64,000 nucleotides of DNA. Origin: Gekko japonicus (lineage: Eukaryota). The notes below the pieces were generated by a model. The model was not told the DNA's origin and searched no databases. It was given only the letters and a program-made list of their open reading frames with translations. Below, one piece after another: positions 37,693 to 49,800 of this stretch (position 1 is its first letter; each line of letters starts with the position of its first letter). Where the stretch lies: NCBI RefSeq assembly GCF_001447785.1, contig NW_015165900.1, forward strand, positions 63,593 to 127,592, written 5' to 3'. The translations under genes and the position numbers were made by a program.

Positions 37693-37975
37693 GGGTGATT
37701 TCTCACGAGAGCTGCCTCGCAGCACAGCGCCGTTTGCCTCGACACAAATGTGTCAATTTCACACCCGAAGCTCCGGGGCTGCATTTTGACTCGGGGCTTC
37801 GACCTATTTCCTCCGCAGTTTCGTGATCCTGGTTTTTGAGGATCATGAAACTGCGGGGGAAATCGGGCGAAGCCCCAAGTCAAATGCAGCCCCAGAGCTT
37901 CGGGTGTGAAATTGACACGTTTGTGTCGAGGCAAACAGCGCTGTGCTGCGAGGCAGCTCTTGTGAGAAATCACCC
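37693..37975. mobile_element. Fully palindromic MITE (Harbinger-like)
   Basis: About 138-bp inverted arms, TSD ATT; half copy at about 51917-52065. Confidence 0.88.
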
Positions 37976-39045
37976 ATTATCTAAATTAAAGTCACTTAGA
38001 GGAGGGCAGGGAGCTGTTCCTGTGGGCAGCAAAGGATAGGACTCACAAGAATGGCTTTAAATTACAGGCGGGAAAGTACCGGCTGGATATTAGGAAAAAC
38101 TATTTTTACAGTAAGGGTTGTTCAGCAGTGGAATCAGCTGCCTAGGGAGGTGGCGGGCTCCCCCTCACCTGCAGTCTTTAAGCAGTGGCTGGACAAACAC
38201 TTGTCAGGGATGCTCTAGGCTGATCCTGCATTGGGCAGGGGTTGGACTAGGTGGCCTGTATGGTCCTTTCCAACTCTGAGATTCTGTGATTCTATGAAAA
38301 ACAGAACATATTGTTTTAGTTGTCATGTGTAGTCTTACTAAAACCTATTTTCAAACCAACTGATTTTTACAGCAGCCCTGATTTTTCATGAGGGCTACAA
38401 TATCTTTGTGAAATCCTATTTATTCTGCTTTTTCTCATGTTGGTCATGTTTGTTCACAGCCTTTGTTCTCCTGATTAGTTTTTGTTAGAGGTTTGTTTTT
38501 TAAAAAAGTTAAGGTATGGGACAGTGGAAGATACAATTTTCTGCTTCATCCCTGACTGGTATCATTCAATTTATCTGATTTTTTGTTTTTACACAGCAAG
38601 TTGAGAATCATATATGGAAAATGATGATGCCATTGCTTCATGTATCTAAACAAATTTGGCTAGGTGTTTAATGTCACAGTTGCACTGTTTCTAAATAGGG
38701 CTTGTGAGTTCCCTTCTTTTTAACAGGAAACCTCTATTTTGCTTTTTATGCTTTGTACTCATGATCTTTTATTTTTGCACTGTTTCTTGTATCCCATCAT
38801 GAAAGTATTATCATATAGCATGCCCACACAGTTCAACAATATGCTTACTAAGTTTTGAAGCCTATGAATGAGTTCTGAACATGCTAGATTGCTTCTGCTG
38901 CAAAGTGTGCACCCTCTTGTGCTAGCACTACTGTTTGCTCAAGCACTCTTTGGATACCATTCATTTCACACACAAAAAGGAATGCTAGCACAAGAGGAAG
39001 AATGTTCTGTATGCCTATTGCACTTAGAACCCATACACAGAAGGA

Positions 39046-39054
39046 TGGATAGAT

Positions 39055-39093
<39 letters not shown>

Positions 39094-39230
39094 CAATCAA
39101 TTTAAGTGTTTCCTGGAATAGATGATAGATTATAGACAGATATGTGTTGAACATGTATTATAGACAGATATGTGTTGAACATGTGTTGAACATAGATTAT
39201 AGACAGATATGTGTTGAACATCAGATATGT
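39046..39230. repeat. (GATA)n microsatellite followed by 3 copies of ATTATAGACAGATATGTGTTGAACAT
   Basis: Directly visible. Confidence 0.93.
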
Positions 39231-39456
39231 ACAGTTCACATAAATATGGCACAAATAGTGTAAAGTATCTGTTAAATACTGTGTTCCATGGATGGTCCAA
39301 CCCCAAGCTTAGTGATCAGCTCAGCTTTATTAGTGATTCAGCAGATACAAGACAAAATGCCAGGTCAACAGCCCTGTTTAAATAGCATGCAAACACCACA
39401 CCCAACCACACCCAACTCCCAACGATAGGCTATTTACATAACATTAATTCCTCACT

Positions 39457-39809
39457 GGAGCTGCGGTGGCTCAAGTGGTTAAGACATTGAACTGCAGGCT
39501 GTGAAAAGTCAGTAGTTCAGCAGTTCAAGACCCGGGTGCAGCATGACGGAGTGAGCGCCCGTCTCTAGTTCCAGCTCCTGCCAACCTAGCAGTTCGAAAG
39601 CAAGAAATTGCAAGTGGATAAATAGGGACCACTTCGGTGGGAAGGTAACAGCGTTCTGTGCACCTTGGTGTTTAGTCATGCCGGCCACATGACCACAGAA
39701 ATGTCTTCGGACAGCGCTGGCTCTTCGGCTTTGAAACGGAGATGAGCACCGCAACCCTAGAGTCGGATTCGACTGGCTTTCGAGCAAGGGAAACCTTTAC
39801 CTTTACCTT
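39457..39809 (+). mobile_element. Sauria SINE, full length
   Basis: tRNA head, (ACCTTT)n tail, TSD TAATTCCTCAyT. Confidence 0.92.
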
Positions 39810-40114
39810 AATTCCTCATTGGTCACCTCCAGAGTCCTAGATAGCTATTGTTCTAGAGCTCCAAGCTCAGCCAGTCTCTGGTAGACAGTCCTGGGATGTT
39901 GCAGCCCCAATACGTAACAGTGTCCCTAACATGAATAAGAGCAAATGATGCATTAGAACCAAAACTGAAAAGGGTAGACTGAGAAAGATTCATGAGCTGA
40001 CCATCGCTCCATTTTTTTAAAGGACCTGGATGTCAATTACTTCCTGTCCCCAACCCCTGCTATGCGTCCAGTTTTAAGTGTTTCCTGGAATAGTTCATGA
40101 ATGGGAGGAGGGAT

Positions 40115-40380
40115 TAGGGTTGCCAAGTCACGGCGGGGGGTTGTAGGTCTTCACAGAATCATTGCCGCGGGGACAGCGAGATGCTTTGCACCCACCGTCA
40201 CCAGGATCTGATGCTACACGTCGCTCTGGCAACAGGGCTCCAAACAGCCCCGTTGCCAGAGCAACGCGTAGCATCATGTCCTGGTGACGGCGGTGCAATT
40301 TGTCTCATCGTCCCCGCAGCAAGGATTCTGCAAAGACATGCAGATCCCCCGCCGCGATTTGGCGAGATTTGGCAGGCCTA
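40115..40380. mobile_element. hAT-type MITE with internal hairpin
   Basis: TAGGGTTGCCAA..TTGGCAGGCCTA termini, TSD GGAGGGAT/GGAGGGAG. Confidence 0.75.
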
Positions 40381-40394
40381 GGAGGGAGAAAGCT

Positions 40395-40602
40395 ACCAGC
40401 TAGATATCAGGATTTTTTTAAAAAAATGGTAAGTGCAGATCAGCCGTGGAATCAGCTGTCTAGGGAGGGGGTGAGCCCCCCTTCACTGGCAGTCTTCAAG
40501 TAGGGACTGAAACAAACTCTTGTCAGAGGCATTTTAGGCTGAAGGTAGGGGCTTGGACTGGGTGGCATGTATGGTCCCTTCCAGCTCTATGATTCCATGA
40601 TT
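40395..40602 (+). mobile_element. Degenerate CR1 3' end
   Basis: Similar to 38080-38297. Confidence 0.7.
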
Positions 40603-40629
40603 TTAACTCCCTATCCCCAGCCGTTTCCT

Positions 40630-41270
40630 TTAGAAGCCATTGTTTTCTCTGGCAGGAAGAACTCATTTGAAAATAAAGCTAGAATCCTCAAAATTGGCCA
40701 CTTGGTTCAAAGTGAGGATGGGAGTTGTCATGCCCTAAGCAAATGAAATCAGAACATCCTGGCCCTGGTTACCTTCAGACTTCCTCTCTTCTGTCTACCT
40801 GCACTGGAACCTATGGTTAACTTTGGCAGATATAACTCATCCAGAAATTAAGGTCAGAGACTCAAAATTGGCTATTGACTTCTGGATGATCATGGGAGTT
40901 GCAATACCAACCACAACAGGAAATCAGATCCTCCTGGCACATATAGTTGTCTGAAACTCCCAACCCCTGCTCTTTGCTTGGGGAGTCACTGTTGTCTCTG
41001 GAAGACACAGGTCGTTGTTATTCACATGGAATCTAGACTCCCAGTTCAGGATGTTGATTGAGTGGCATTGTCTAGAAGGAAGGAAAGCAAGAAATCCCGG
41101 CCCAGGTTATGTGTAGAAACACCCACACACACCCACACACAAACATACACCTTGATCCTATTTGTAATGGAAGCTAAGGATGTTTATGGCAGGCATAAGT
41201 CGTCTGTAACTAAAGCTAGGAGTCTCAAAATTCTCCACCGGCTTCAGAATGACTGTATGAGACTGCCTGC
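40630..41270 (+). repeat. Second copy of the diverged 170-bp array (resumes at about 42890-43050)
   Basis: Unit heads at about 40690, 40864, 41031, 41227 and 43004. Confidence 0.8.
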
Positions 41271-41279
41271 AGGATCGCC

Positions 41280-42830
41280 AGGGATTCTCCTCCCTTTGAG
41301 CCTTGTGGCTCAAGGGATGGTGTGCCTGGGACGATTATCCATTTGCCATGCTAGCTGTATGCAAGCCGCATCCTGTTGGCTCTCGCCTGGGGCAGGTGGC
41401 TTGCCATAATTTATATGGCAATGAAGGGGTCCCGATGACCCCTGGCCTTGCCGTGCCACAACCTGTCCTGCCCTTGCCATTTATGCATCACTGTTAACAG
41501 TTAATAAAGTGGCCCTTTAGTTATCCCAGCAATGTTGTCTGTCTCTTTATTCCAGCTTGGGGGGCAAAGGAGTCATTTCCATAGATGGTCAACAATTTAA
41601 CTGGTTATGGTGTTAAGAAATGTAATCTCATGCTTTTGGACTTATTTGATAGATGGCTTTGGATTGATGTTTGCCCCTGAAGTCGGAATAATGAGACGGA
41701 CAACAGTTTGTATCAAACAAGGGCCACTTTATTAACTATATACAGTTTATTAACAAAAACCGGCAAGGGAGCACTTCCTAGGTAGCGGAACAGACAAGGC
41801 AGGTGTCAGGCTGACCAACCTCCTTGTCTAATATGTGGGCGAGCCACCAACCCCAGTCTTAAGCCATTAATCTGGCTTGCCAGCAGCCCAGCCACTGGTA
41901 GCCTCCCTGTAATCTAGCTAATAATAACCCGGTCTGGCAAAATAAAGCCCTTTTTTAACGGCCTTGCTGGTCAGGGCTACTGAAACCACTGAACAACGGC
42001 CTTGGCGGGGGGGAGAGAAATACCAAGGACCCTCACAGCTCCTCGGCCCCAGGCCTCACTTCAAGCCCTCCACCACCCGGACCTAGCTCGACGTTTCACC
42101 GATCACCCACTCGCCGGCTCCTCGGGAAGCGCGCTCGAGCGATCCCCATGCTGCCCTCCCCGCAGTGCTGGAAACGCCGCTAGTAGTGTACTGGTGACCC
42201 ACGCGTGGGGGAGGTATTCCCGAAGTTAAGACGGTGGCGGAAGGGCGGGTTCTTCCTTGCAACCCAGCCCAAGAATTAAATGAGGAATGGGGACTGAAGC
42301 AGCCCCTGGTCAAAGGCCCTACCGGGGGAGAGAAAGAGAACCCCACAGCCCCGTCGCCCTTGGGCGCTGCCACAATCCCCTTTTTCGCCCCAACCCCAAC
42401 CTTACAAACAACCAAGCCCCCTGGCCCCCAAGAGAAACTCCCTCCCCGCTACCGCAATTCCACGGGCCCCGCTGCCGGCTACTCCCTGCATCGACAGCTC
42501 TTTGTTGTAAACCGCCTGAGCTCCCCGAGGCCTCCTCTGCTCGTAGCCACCGCCCAGCACTCTCCAGCCACCAAGCCTGGATGACCGCAAGATTGATTGC
42601 CTTCCGCTGCTGCTCGCCACTACCGACACGACCGCCCCACTTGCCCCAGGAGACACGGCAGCACCTCGACTCTACCTCCGAACCAGGTGAGCACGAGGCA
42701 GCAACTGGCCTCGGGCGGGAGCTGAGCCATGCCTAACCAGGCTGGCTCCTCCCACCCTTGTCCCAGCACGCTGCGGCAAACCAGGCCCCGGTCGCCATTG
42801 CCTTCGGCGGCGACCGGGAGCTCCCTTTCT
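41280..42830. mobile_element. GC-rich insertion, possibly DIRS/Ngaro-type remnants in inverted arrangement
   Basis: AGTTAATAAAGTGGCCCTT..TGTTGTCTGTCTC (41499-41553) is inverted at 41685-41738; interrupts the 170-bp array. Confidence 0.45.
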
Positions 42831-43621
42831 ATTGTTTGATATTAGACCTCTCTGTATGGACTTGGTAATTTCTTTTCAATTTTTTAATAAATAAATTTCC
42901 AAAATTGCCAGAAACGCCCTCTCATTTTTATTTATTTTTTGCATTGGAATTCCTTGTGGTCTCTGGAATGCACAGCTTATCAGAAAATAAAGCTAGGTAT
43001 TTGGAAAGTGGCCAGCAAGTTCTGGGTAATGATGGGAGTGACAAATAAAATATGAAAGTGGACTGGATCGAGGAACGTTCAGGTTTGAAATTAAAAATAG
43101 GAATACATGCTTTTTTAAAAAAAATCCCATTTATGCATTGCATTCATCTTTTTATTATTTGTGGATCTGTCCTGCATAGCCCTTTTTTATTTAATGTGCC
43201 ATATTCAAAATATATCCCAGATTTTTTTTAAAAAAAGTTAAACTTTAGTTAGGCTATTGGCATTTTGTGATACTGGCAAGACAGAAAAAACGTGTTTTTT
43301 TCAATAGTTCCGGTACAGCTTAAAATTCTTTGGGGAGCTGAGTGTGAACATTGCAATTATCCCTAGGCACAGGTGTCCATTCTCAATGTTATCAGTTCCC
43401 ATAAGACTCTTCCCAGGCCACAAGCACAGTCAACACCACAAAGAAGCTTACATAAAATACTCCCGGGGGCATTTAGATCGAGAAAAATGGCTGAGTCCAT
43501 GCAGGGTAACAAAGGCTTCAGGAATGTGATTATAACTTGGACTGATACAGAATAATATAGAATTTGATAGAAACCATAAATAAGGGAATCTTGTCCATAG
43601 CATCATACTTTCCCCATCAAG

Positions 43622-43854
43622 ATGGCAGAATCATCCTTCTTGCTGCTGCTTCTGATTCCACTCCTGCTGACTCAAACAGAAGCCAAACTGCACCCTGTAA
43701 TGTGCAGAATGAACAACCCCATCCACATCCAGCACCAGTATTATCAAACAGGGGACCTCCTCATTGGTGCCATCACTTCTCAGATCTTCTCCCTTCCCCA
43801 CACCCCTGTTCTTTTTAAGGAGAACCCCCAGGCTGTGCCAATTGATGAAAATGC
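43622..43854 (+). CDS. Vmn2r: V2R D exon 1
   Basis: [28 protein letters not shown]; donor GC|GTAAGG. Confidence 0.92.
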
Positions 43855-46800
43855 GTAAGGAAGTTATTTTACTGTCTTAGAAATAAGTCAGGTTCTTGGA
43901 ATAACCCATTACAGGTATATCTTCCTGAAATTAATTTGAAAGACAGCTTCTAGATTTCAAAGTATGAATTCGATATCAGAATTCAGAATTCAATGTTGAC
44001 AAGACTTTGTAGCAGTGAACTGATTAATGGAATGTGTTCTGATTCTTGTATGGCGGTACGAATGGACATATATTGGCTAACTGCTTCACAAGGTATTTAC
44101 TGCCCAAGGTTGACATCAAATGGTGTTGAATATTAATTCACTAAATATCTTCATACTAAGGTAATATTTGTTAACCATTCCACATCATTTGAGAGAAGAA
44201 GTATTGAGCTCCTCTGTTTCATAAATTACATGAAAATTTTCAGGGAAGAATATGGGCTAGACAAGGTTCATATGATCCCTTCTTCATATTGTAGTTTCCA
44301 CTCATCAAATAACATCCAGGTTTCTTATTCTTATAAATAGTCTGTCCTATTTCATTGGTACTGGCCACCAAATGAGAAGGGAGCGCTCACTGGAGAAGAC
44401 TCTGATGCTGGGAAAGATTGAAGGTCAAAGAAGACGGGGACAGCAAAGGATGAGATGGTTAGACAGTGTCATAGATGCAACGAACATGAAATTGAGCCAA
44501 CTTCAGAGGACGGCAGAAGACAGGAAGGCCTGGCGGGATCTGGTCCATGGGGTCGCGAAGAGTCGGACTCGACTGTGCGACTGAACAACAAAACCCAATT
44601 CTATGCTTTTAAACTTTGGATACAAATACCATTACAGTATGCATTATTCACCAAGGGGTCTGACAAGCCACATCTTCATATGCCTTGAAAATGCTTTTAA
44701 CGGCTTCCTTTTTATGCCTGGCCTTGGGAACCAAACATTTGAGGGCGTACCTGTTTCCTTTTCTAGCTCTTAGCTTTATTTGCATTTGGTTGCTAACTGT
44801 AATTTGTTGATTTATTTAAATGTGGATTTCATACATACTTTTAAAACATCTTTGGGAATGGGGAATCTATGTATAAATTGAGCCAACCAATTCTGTTCAG
44901 GCATTTCTTATCCTGCTTTATTGTAAGAATATCACATACTGGGGTGAGGGTTCTTGGTCTGTGGTAGAGTTTAAAAAGGTAAAGGTTCCCTTGCTCAAAA
45001 GCCAGTCAAGTCCGACTCTAGGGTTGCGGTGCTCATCTCCGTTTCAAAGCCGAAGAGCCAGCACTGTCCGAAGACGTTTCCGTGCTCATGTGGCTGGCAT
45101 GACTAAACACCAAGGCGCACAAAACGCTGTTACCTTCCCACCAAAGTGGTACCGATTTATCTACTTGCAATTTCTTGCTTTCGAACTGCTAGGTTGGCAG
45201 GAGCTGGAACTAGAAACGGGAGCTCACTCCATCAGGTGGCAACCCAGATCTCAAACTGCTGAACTACCGACCTTCCACAGCCTGCAGTTCAGCGTCTTAA
45301 CCACTTGAGCCACCGCAGCTCCTGTGATAGAGCTTAGGATGCAAAATTTCCCATTTTTCTAAACAAAGTGATTAAGTATTAGGTGATGTGAAAAATCTCT
45401 ACCAGAGATCCTGGAGAGCTTCTGCCAGCCAGATATCAACCAGATTATACTGAAGTTGACAGACCAAAGGTCTGACTCAGTATAAGGGAGCTTGATGTAT
45501 TCACACCATAGAACGCAGTAATATGGATGCCAGCCTCCAAGTGGGACTCATCTCCAGTCTACAAAGATCAGATCCCCTGGAGAAAATGGATGCTCGGGCG
45601 GGTGGACTATATGACATTGTACCCAAGGTCCCTGTCCTCCCCAGGTTCCAGCCCCAAATCTCCAGGAATTCCCAAACATGGAGCTGTGAAGACTACCCCT
45701 CCATTCCTTACACTGACTGGTGGCCCGAGGTGACCTGGCACCCCTACATTATGGAATGGACTGCCTAAGACGCTTAGGAAAGCCCCTACACATCTATCAT
45801 TTATCAGAATATATGACGCAGAAATATTCAGAAGTACCTTCTTACAAAGGGATTAGAACAGTAATATAATGGAACAGTACAGGGGATTGCTACTATAAGG
45901 AATAGTAATGTAATGTATGGAAGGGAAGGCATTATAGCATAGCCTGTTTAATTTAGAAGCAACACAGAGATGGGAAACCACTAAAGAAAATCCTGTATAC
46001 ACTGGATTAGAACTGGATTAGTTGTGGGGAATAAGATCCCAGTTTTTCTTTCAATTTACACTTAGAACCAACTGCAACAAATTCCTTCTGGAGAAGAAAT
46101 TCCAGAAGGAGCATTTAAGATTAGGAAGTAGTTAATGAAAGTAGAACACCTACCATCTGGATTTTTTTGTCTTGCTTTAGGATAGTGCCAAAAAACTACC
46201 AGCATGTTCTATCCTTGGTGTTTGCTGTGAAAGAGATCAACGAAAACCCCAACATCTTACCCAACCACACTTTGGGGTTCCACTTTTATGAAAGCTATTT
46301 CAATGCAAGGATGACATATCAGAACACACTGAACCTTGTCTTCAGTCAGAATTGGACTGTCCTAAACTACAAATGTGGCAGTATGGATCTGATAGCAGTT
46401 ATAGGGGGGCTCAAGTCTGACATTACCCTCTACATGGCCACCGTCTTAGGCATCTACAAGATTCCCCAGGTCAGATGAGAATGCTGGGAGTGAAACATGG
46501 GAGGGGGGGAAACAGGACCTTAGGTGGGGATTTGAAATGAGAACAAATAAAGTAAAAGCACGCTGGGGGGTGCCTCAGAGGGTGACTTTTCCCAGCTAAC
46601 TGTTCTTCTTACAGGTTTATCTGCTGGCTGGAGAGTAAAAATTTAAATGAATGCAATATTTTTTTGCATGGTTAAACAGTTAGATGGAAAGAGAGAGGGA
46701 GTGGCGAATGGAAACAGAAGAAAGGAATAAGAACAGTGAAGATTAACGATAATGAAATCAAGACATCATCTCTAGGACATTTTTACGACATTTTTTTCTG

Positions 46801-49800
46801 TCATGAAAACAGACAGAGCTACATTTGTGAAAAAATATACATTTGATAAAATATATTTTCTCTCTTTTTTGCATATAGAACATAACGTGTGTCTCTTGTT
46901 TCTTTCTCCATGGGCAAGCAAATGTATCTTCTATCTAGAGAAAACTTTAATGTCTTTGGTAAAACGGGCATCAGTGCATGAAGGATTTTGACGCAGTGCC
47001 TCTGCTTAGTCTTTAAGGTGCCCCAAGAATCTTCTTGTGTCCTTGTTCTCATATAAGAAGACAAGCATGGATGCATTTATGAGACATGATGACATGTATG
47101 AACAGGAAAGGACTGCATATAGATGAAACTCTGGTTGCCCAAGGAGAGATGCTGTGAGAGTTGCATGGTCAGGATACCCCACAGGTCTTTTTCCCCCTTT
47201 CTCAATCAGAGCAACTACAAAGGGGCTAAATGGGATTTGGAGAAAGAGCTTGGGGATAGGATCTCTTCTAATTCAGTTTGGCCGGGGATCCTGGAGGTTT
47301 TTTGCCATCTTCTGGGCATGGAGCAGGGTCACTGGGGCTGTTGTGTGCGTGTGGGGGGAGATAGTTGTGAATTTTCTGCATTGTGCAGAGGGTTGCACTA
47401 GATGATCCCGGAGGTTCCTTCCAACTCTGTGGTTCTATGAAAGAATCATACGGCTGCAAGAATTCTCTATGCAAAATATTGGAAACTACTGGAGATACCA
47501 ACAAAATGAGAACTTGCAAACAAAATCTTGGAGGCTGCGGAATGGGACAAATTGACTTTATTGATAAAAGGCGCAACAGACTCGACATTTGAGAATACTT
47601 GGTCACGGTTTTATAACTGGCATGACAAACGTATGTGCTCTGACTTACGAAGGCTTTTGGACGTTTGGAAAATAAAATGATGGTGGTATGGAGTACTAAT
47701 TTAAACTTGGCATTTGATCTCACTACCAGGAATATTAATTACCTTGGCTTAGCTGTCCTAAAAAGTGGTATTATGAGTTAATGTTATTCATGATAATTTA
47801 TTATAAAATGGGTTTTGAGTTTTTATTATAAGTAAATGTGAATTGAAGTTTCTTGGTTGATTTAAAAAGTAATATTAATGAGGTGTATGTCGTGTTATAA
47901 TTTTTTTTTAGAGAGAACTTAGGTTAAGGAGTGGAATGTAAAGTGTAAAGACAGGGATTTGTTGTAAGTAACAGAAGTACTATTATTACCCAGATGGTAT
48001 AAGATTAAAGGCTTTGGACATTGTATAAAAATCAGGAAAGGAACTTATGACTGGGAATGAAGATTGTACAGAGAGTAAAATGGAAAATGGGTTCCTAGGT
48101 TAATAGAAATGAATTAAATTAATGTGGTTAGGGTATTTATTCAGGAATAGAGAGTAAAATGAAAACCTGCCACTAGGTAATTAGAAATGAAATGTAAGTA
48201 GTAGTTTTATTATGATTTAGTTGGTTTGGGATTAGTGAGTATGTTATATTGTTAAATAATAGTAAATTTGTTAGGGCAGCTAGATAAGGGATTAGAGCAC
48301 TAGGTAATATGAATAAGTGAACAAGATGAACTGGAATAGATGGTTATATAGGATGTTACAGGAACATATTTGATTTGTAACCTTATTTTCTACAGAGAAT
48401 GTAAGGCGATGAGTAAAAGAAATTAAAGCTGTTCATATTAGGTAGTTAATTAGGAATGTGTATTGTGGCTCTAATGTTTAAGATCAATATATAGGTAGAC
48501 TGGTCTTATAAATTAATTTGCCTTTGGTATTTATAAATAAGAATGGAAAAAAGATGCTAAAGCAAATGTACAGGATTTCTAGGTGATTAATTACTGGACT
48601 AAAATTGTTGATTATAGTGAGTTTAGACCAGCTGATTATTAGAATCTTAAAATAGTTAATTATTACAGCTGTTATGTCAAGACATAAAGGAATATGGCAG
48701 AAAAAACTAGAGAAGTAAAACTGAAATAGAATGATTTATTTGTTAAAGATTCTAGGTAATGTAAAATTTATAAATTATGACATTTGATCAATGTGAAGTG
48801 TTGGGAGTTTAGATGGTTTGTGAATTTATGTTCTGTTGTTGATTTGTGTATATGTGTGTGTGTGTAGTATAAAATCCTAATAAATATATATTGGGAAAAA
48901 AATCTGGATTTTATATTTCACTGTTATTTCGAAACAAGATAATCTAAGGCAAAAGAGCAGTTAATTTAGATTTGGAAACAAAATGGGTAACATTGGACTG
49001 CTCACTATGTCACAAACAATCCATGTTCATGAGTGTCTTGTGATGCTCAAACTGGAGGAGAAAACCTTTTTAATCAGCTTCCTGGACAACAGCCAGGGTA
49101 CAGATCTGACAGAGAGAATCACGTTATAACTAAGTCATGATAATCCCGGATGGGTAGTCGTATTAGTTTGTATGTATTTACTGTATTTATAGCCAGCCTT
49201 TCACTGCACTATACTTCTGTTTTTTTTAACTAAGTACACATGTGACTATTCTAAACATATGCCACAATAACTTTCCTGGTGACAATTCTTTTATTCATGC
49301 TTAGGTCACCTATAGCTTATTTGCTTCAGTGGCAAGTGACAAAATGCATCTCTCATCCTTGTACCAGATGGTCCCCAGTGAAGCACATCAGTACACTGGG
49401 ATGGTTCAGCTTCTTCTGCATTTCCAGTGGAAATGGGTTGGCCTCATCATAGTGGGTGATCATCAAGGTGAAAAGTTTGTGCAGACTCTGACCCACCTGT
49501 TTTCCCAAAATGGCATCTGTCCTGCTTTCACTCACAAACTAGTAACTCACAGTGATTTTTTAGACACGTTCCTTCTGATGGAACGCTTTCAGGATACCTC
49601 CACATTCTTAACCCACACAGATGTGAATATATTTGTTATAAATGCAGAGACTGGAACCATGATGACAATGCAGTGGGTGCTAATGCTTGCTGATCTGAAT
49701 ACGATCTCATCCATTTGCAAGGTGTGGGTGATGACGGCCCACTGGGATTTCACCTCAGAGACCTTCCTCAGGACCCTGGATATACAAGTCTTTCATGGTT

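Larger units (their letters stand above)
37565..38297 (+). mobile_element. CR1 3' fragment hosting nested insertions
   Basis: FSLEKRRLR..RLDIRKN..QWNQLP remnants; GATTCTGTGATTCTATGA tail. Confidence 0.88.
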
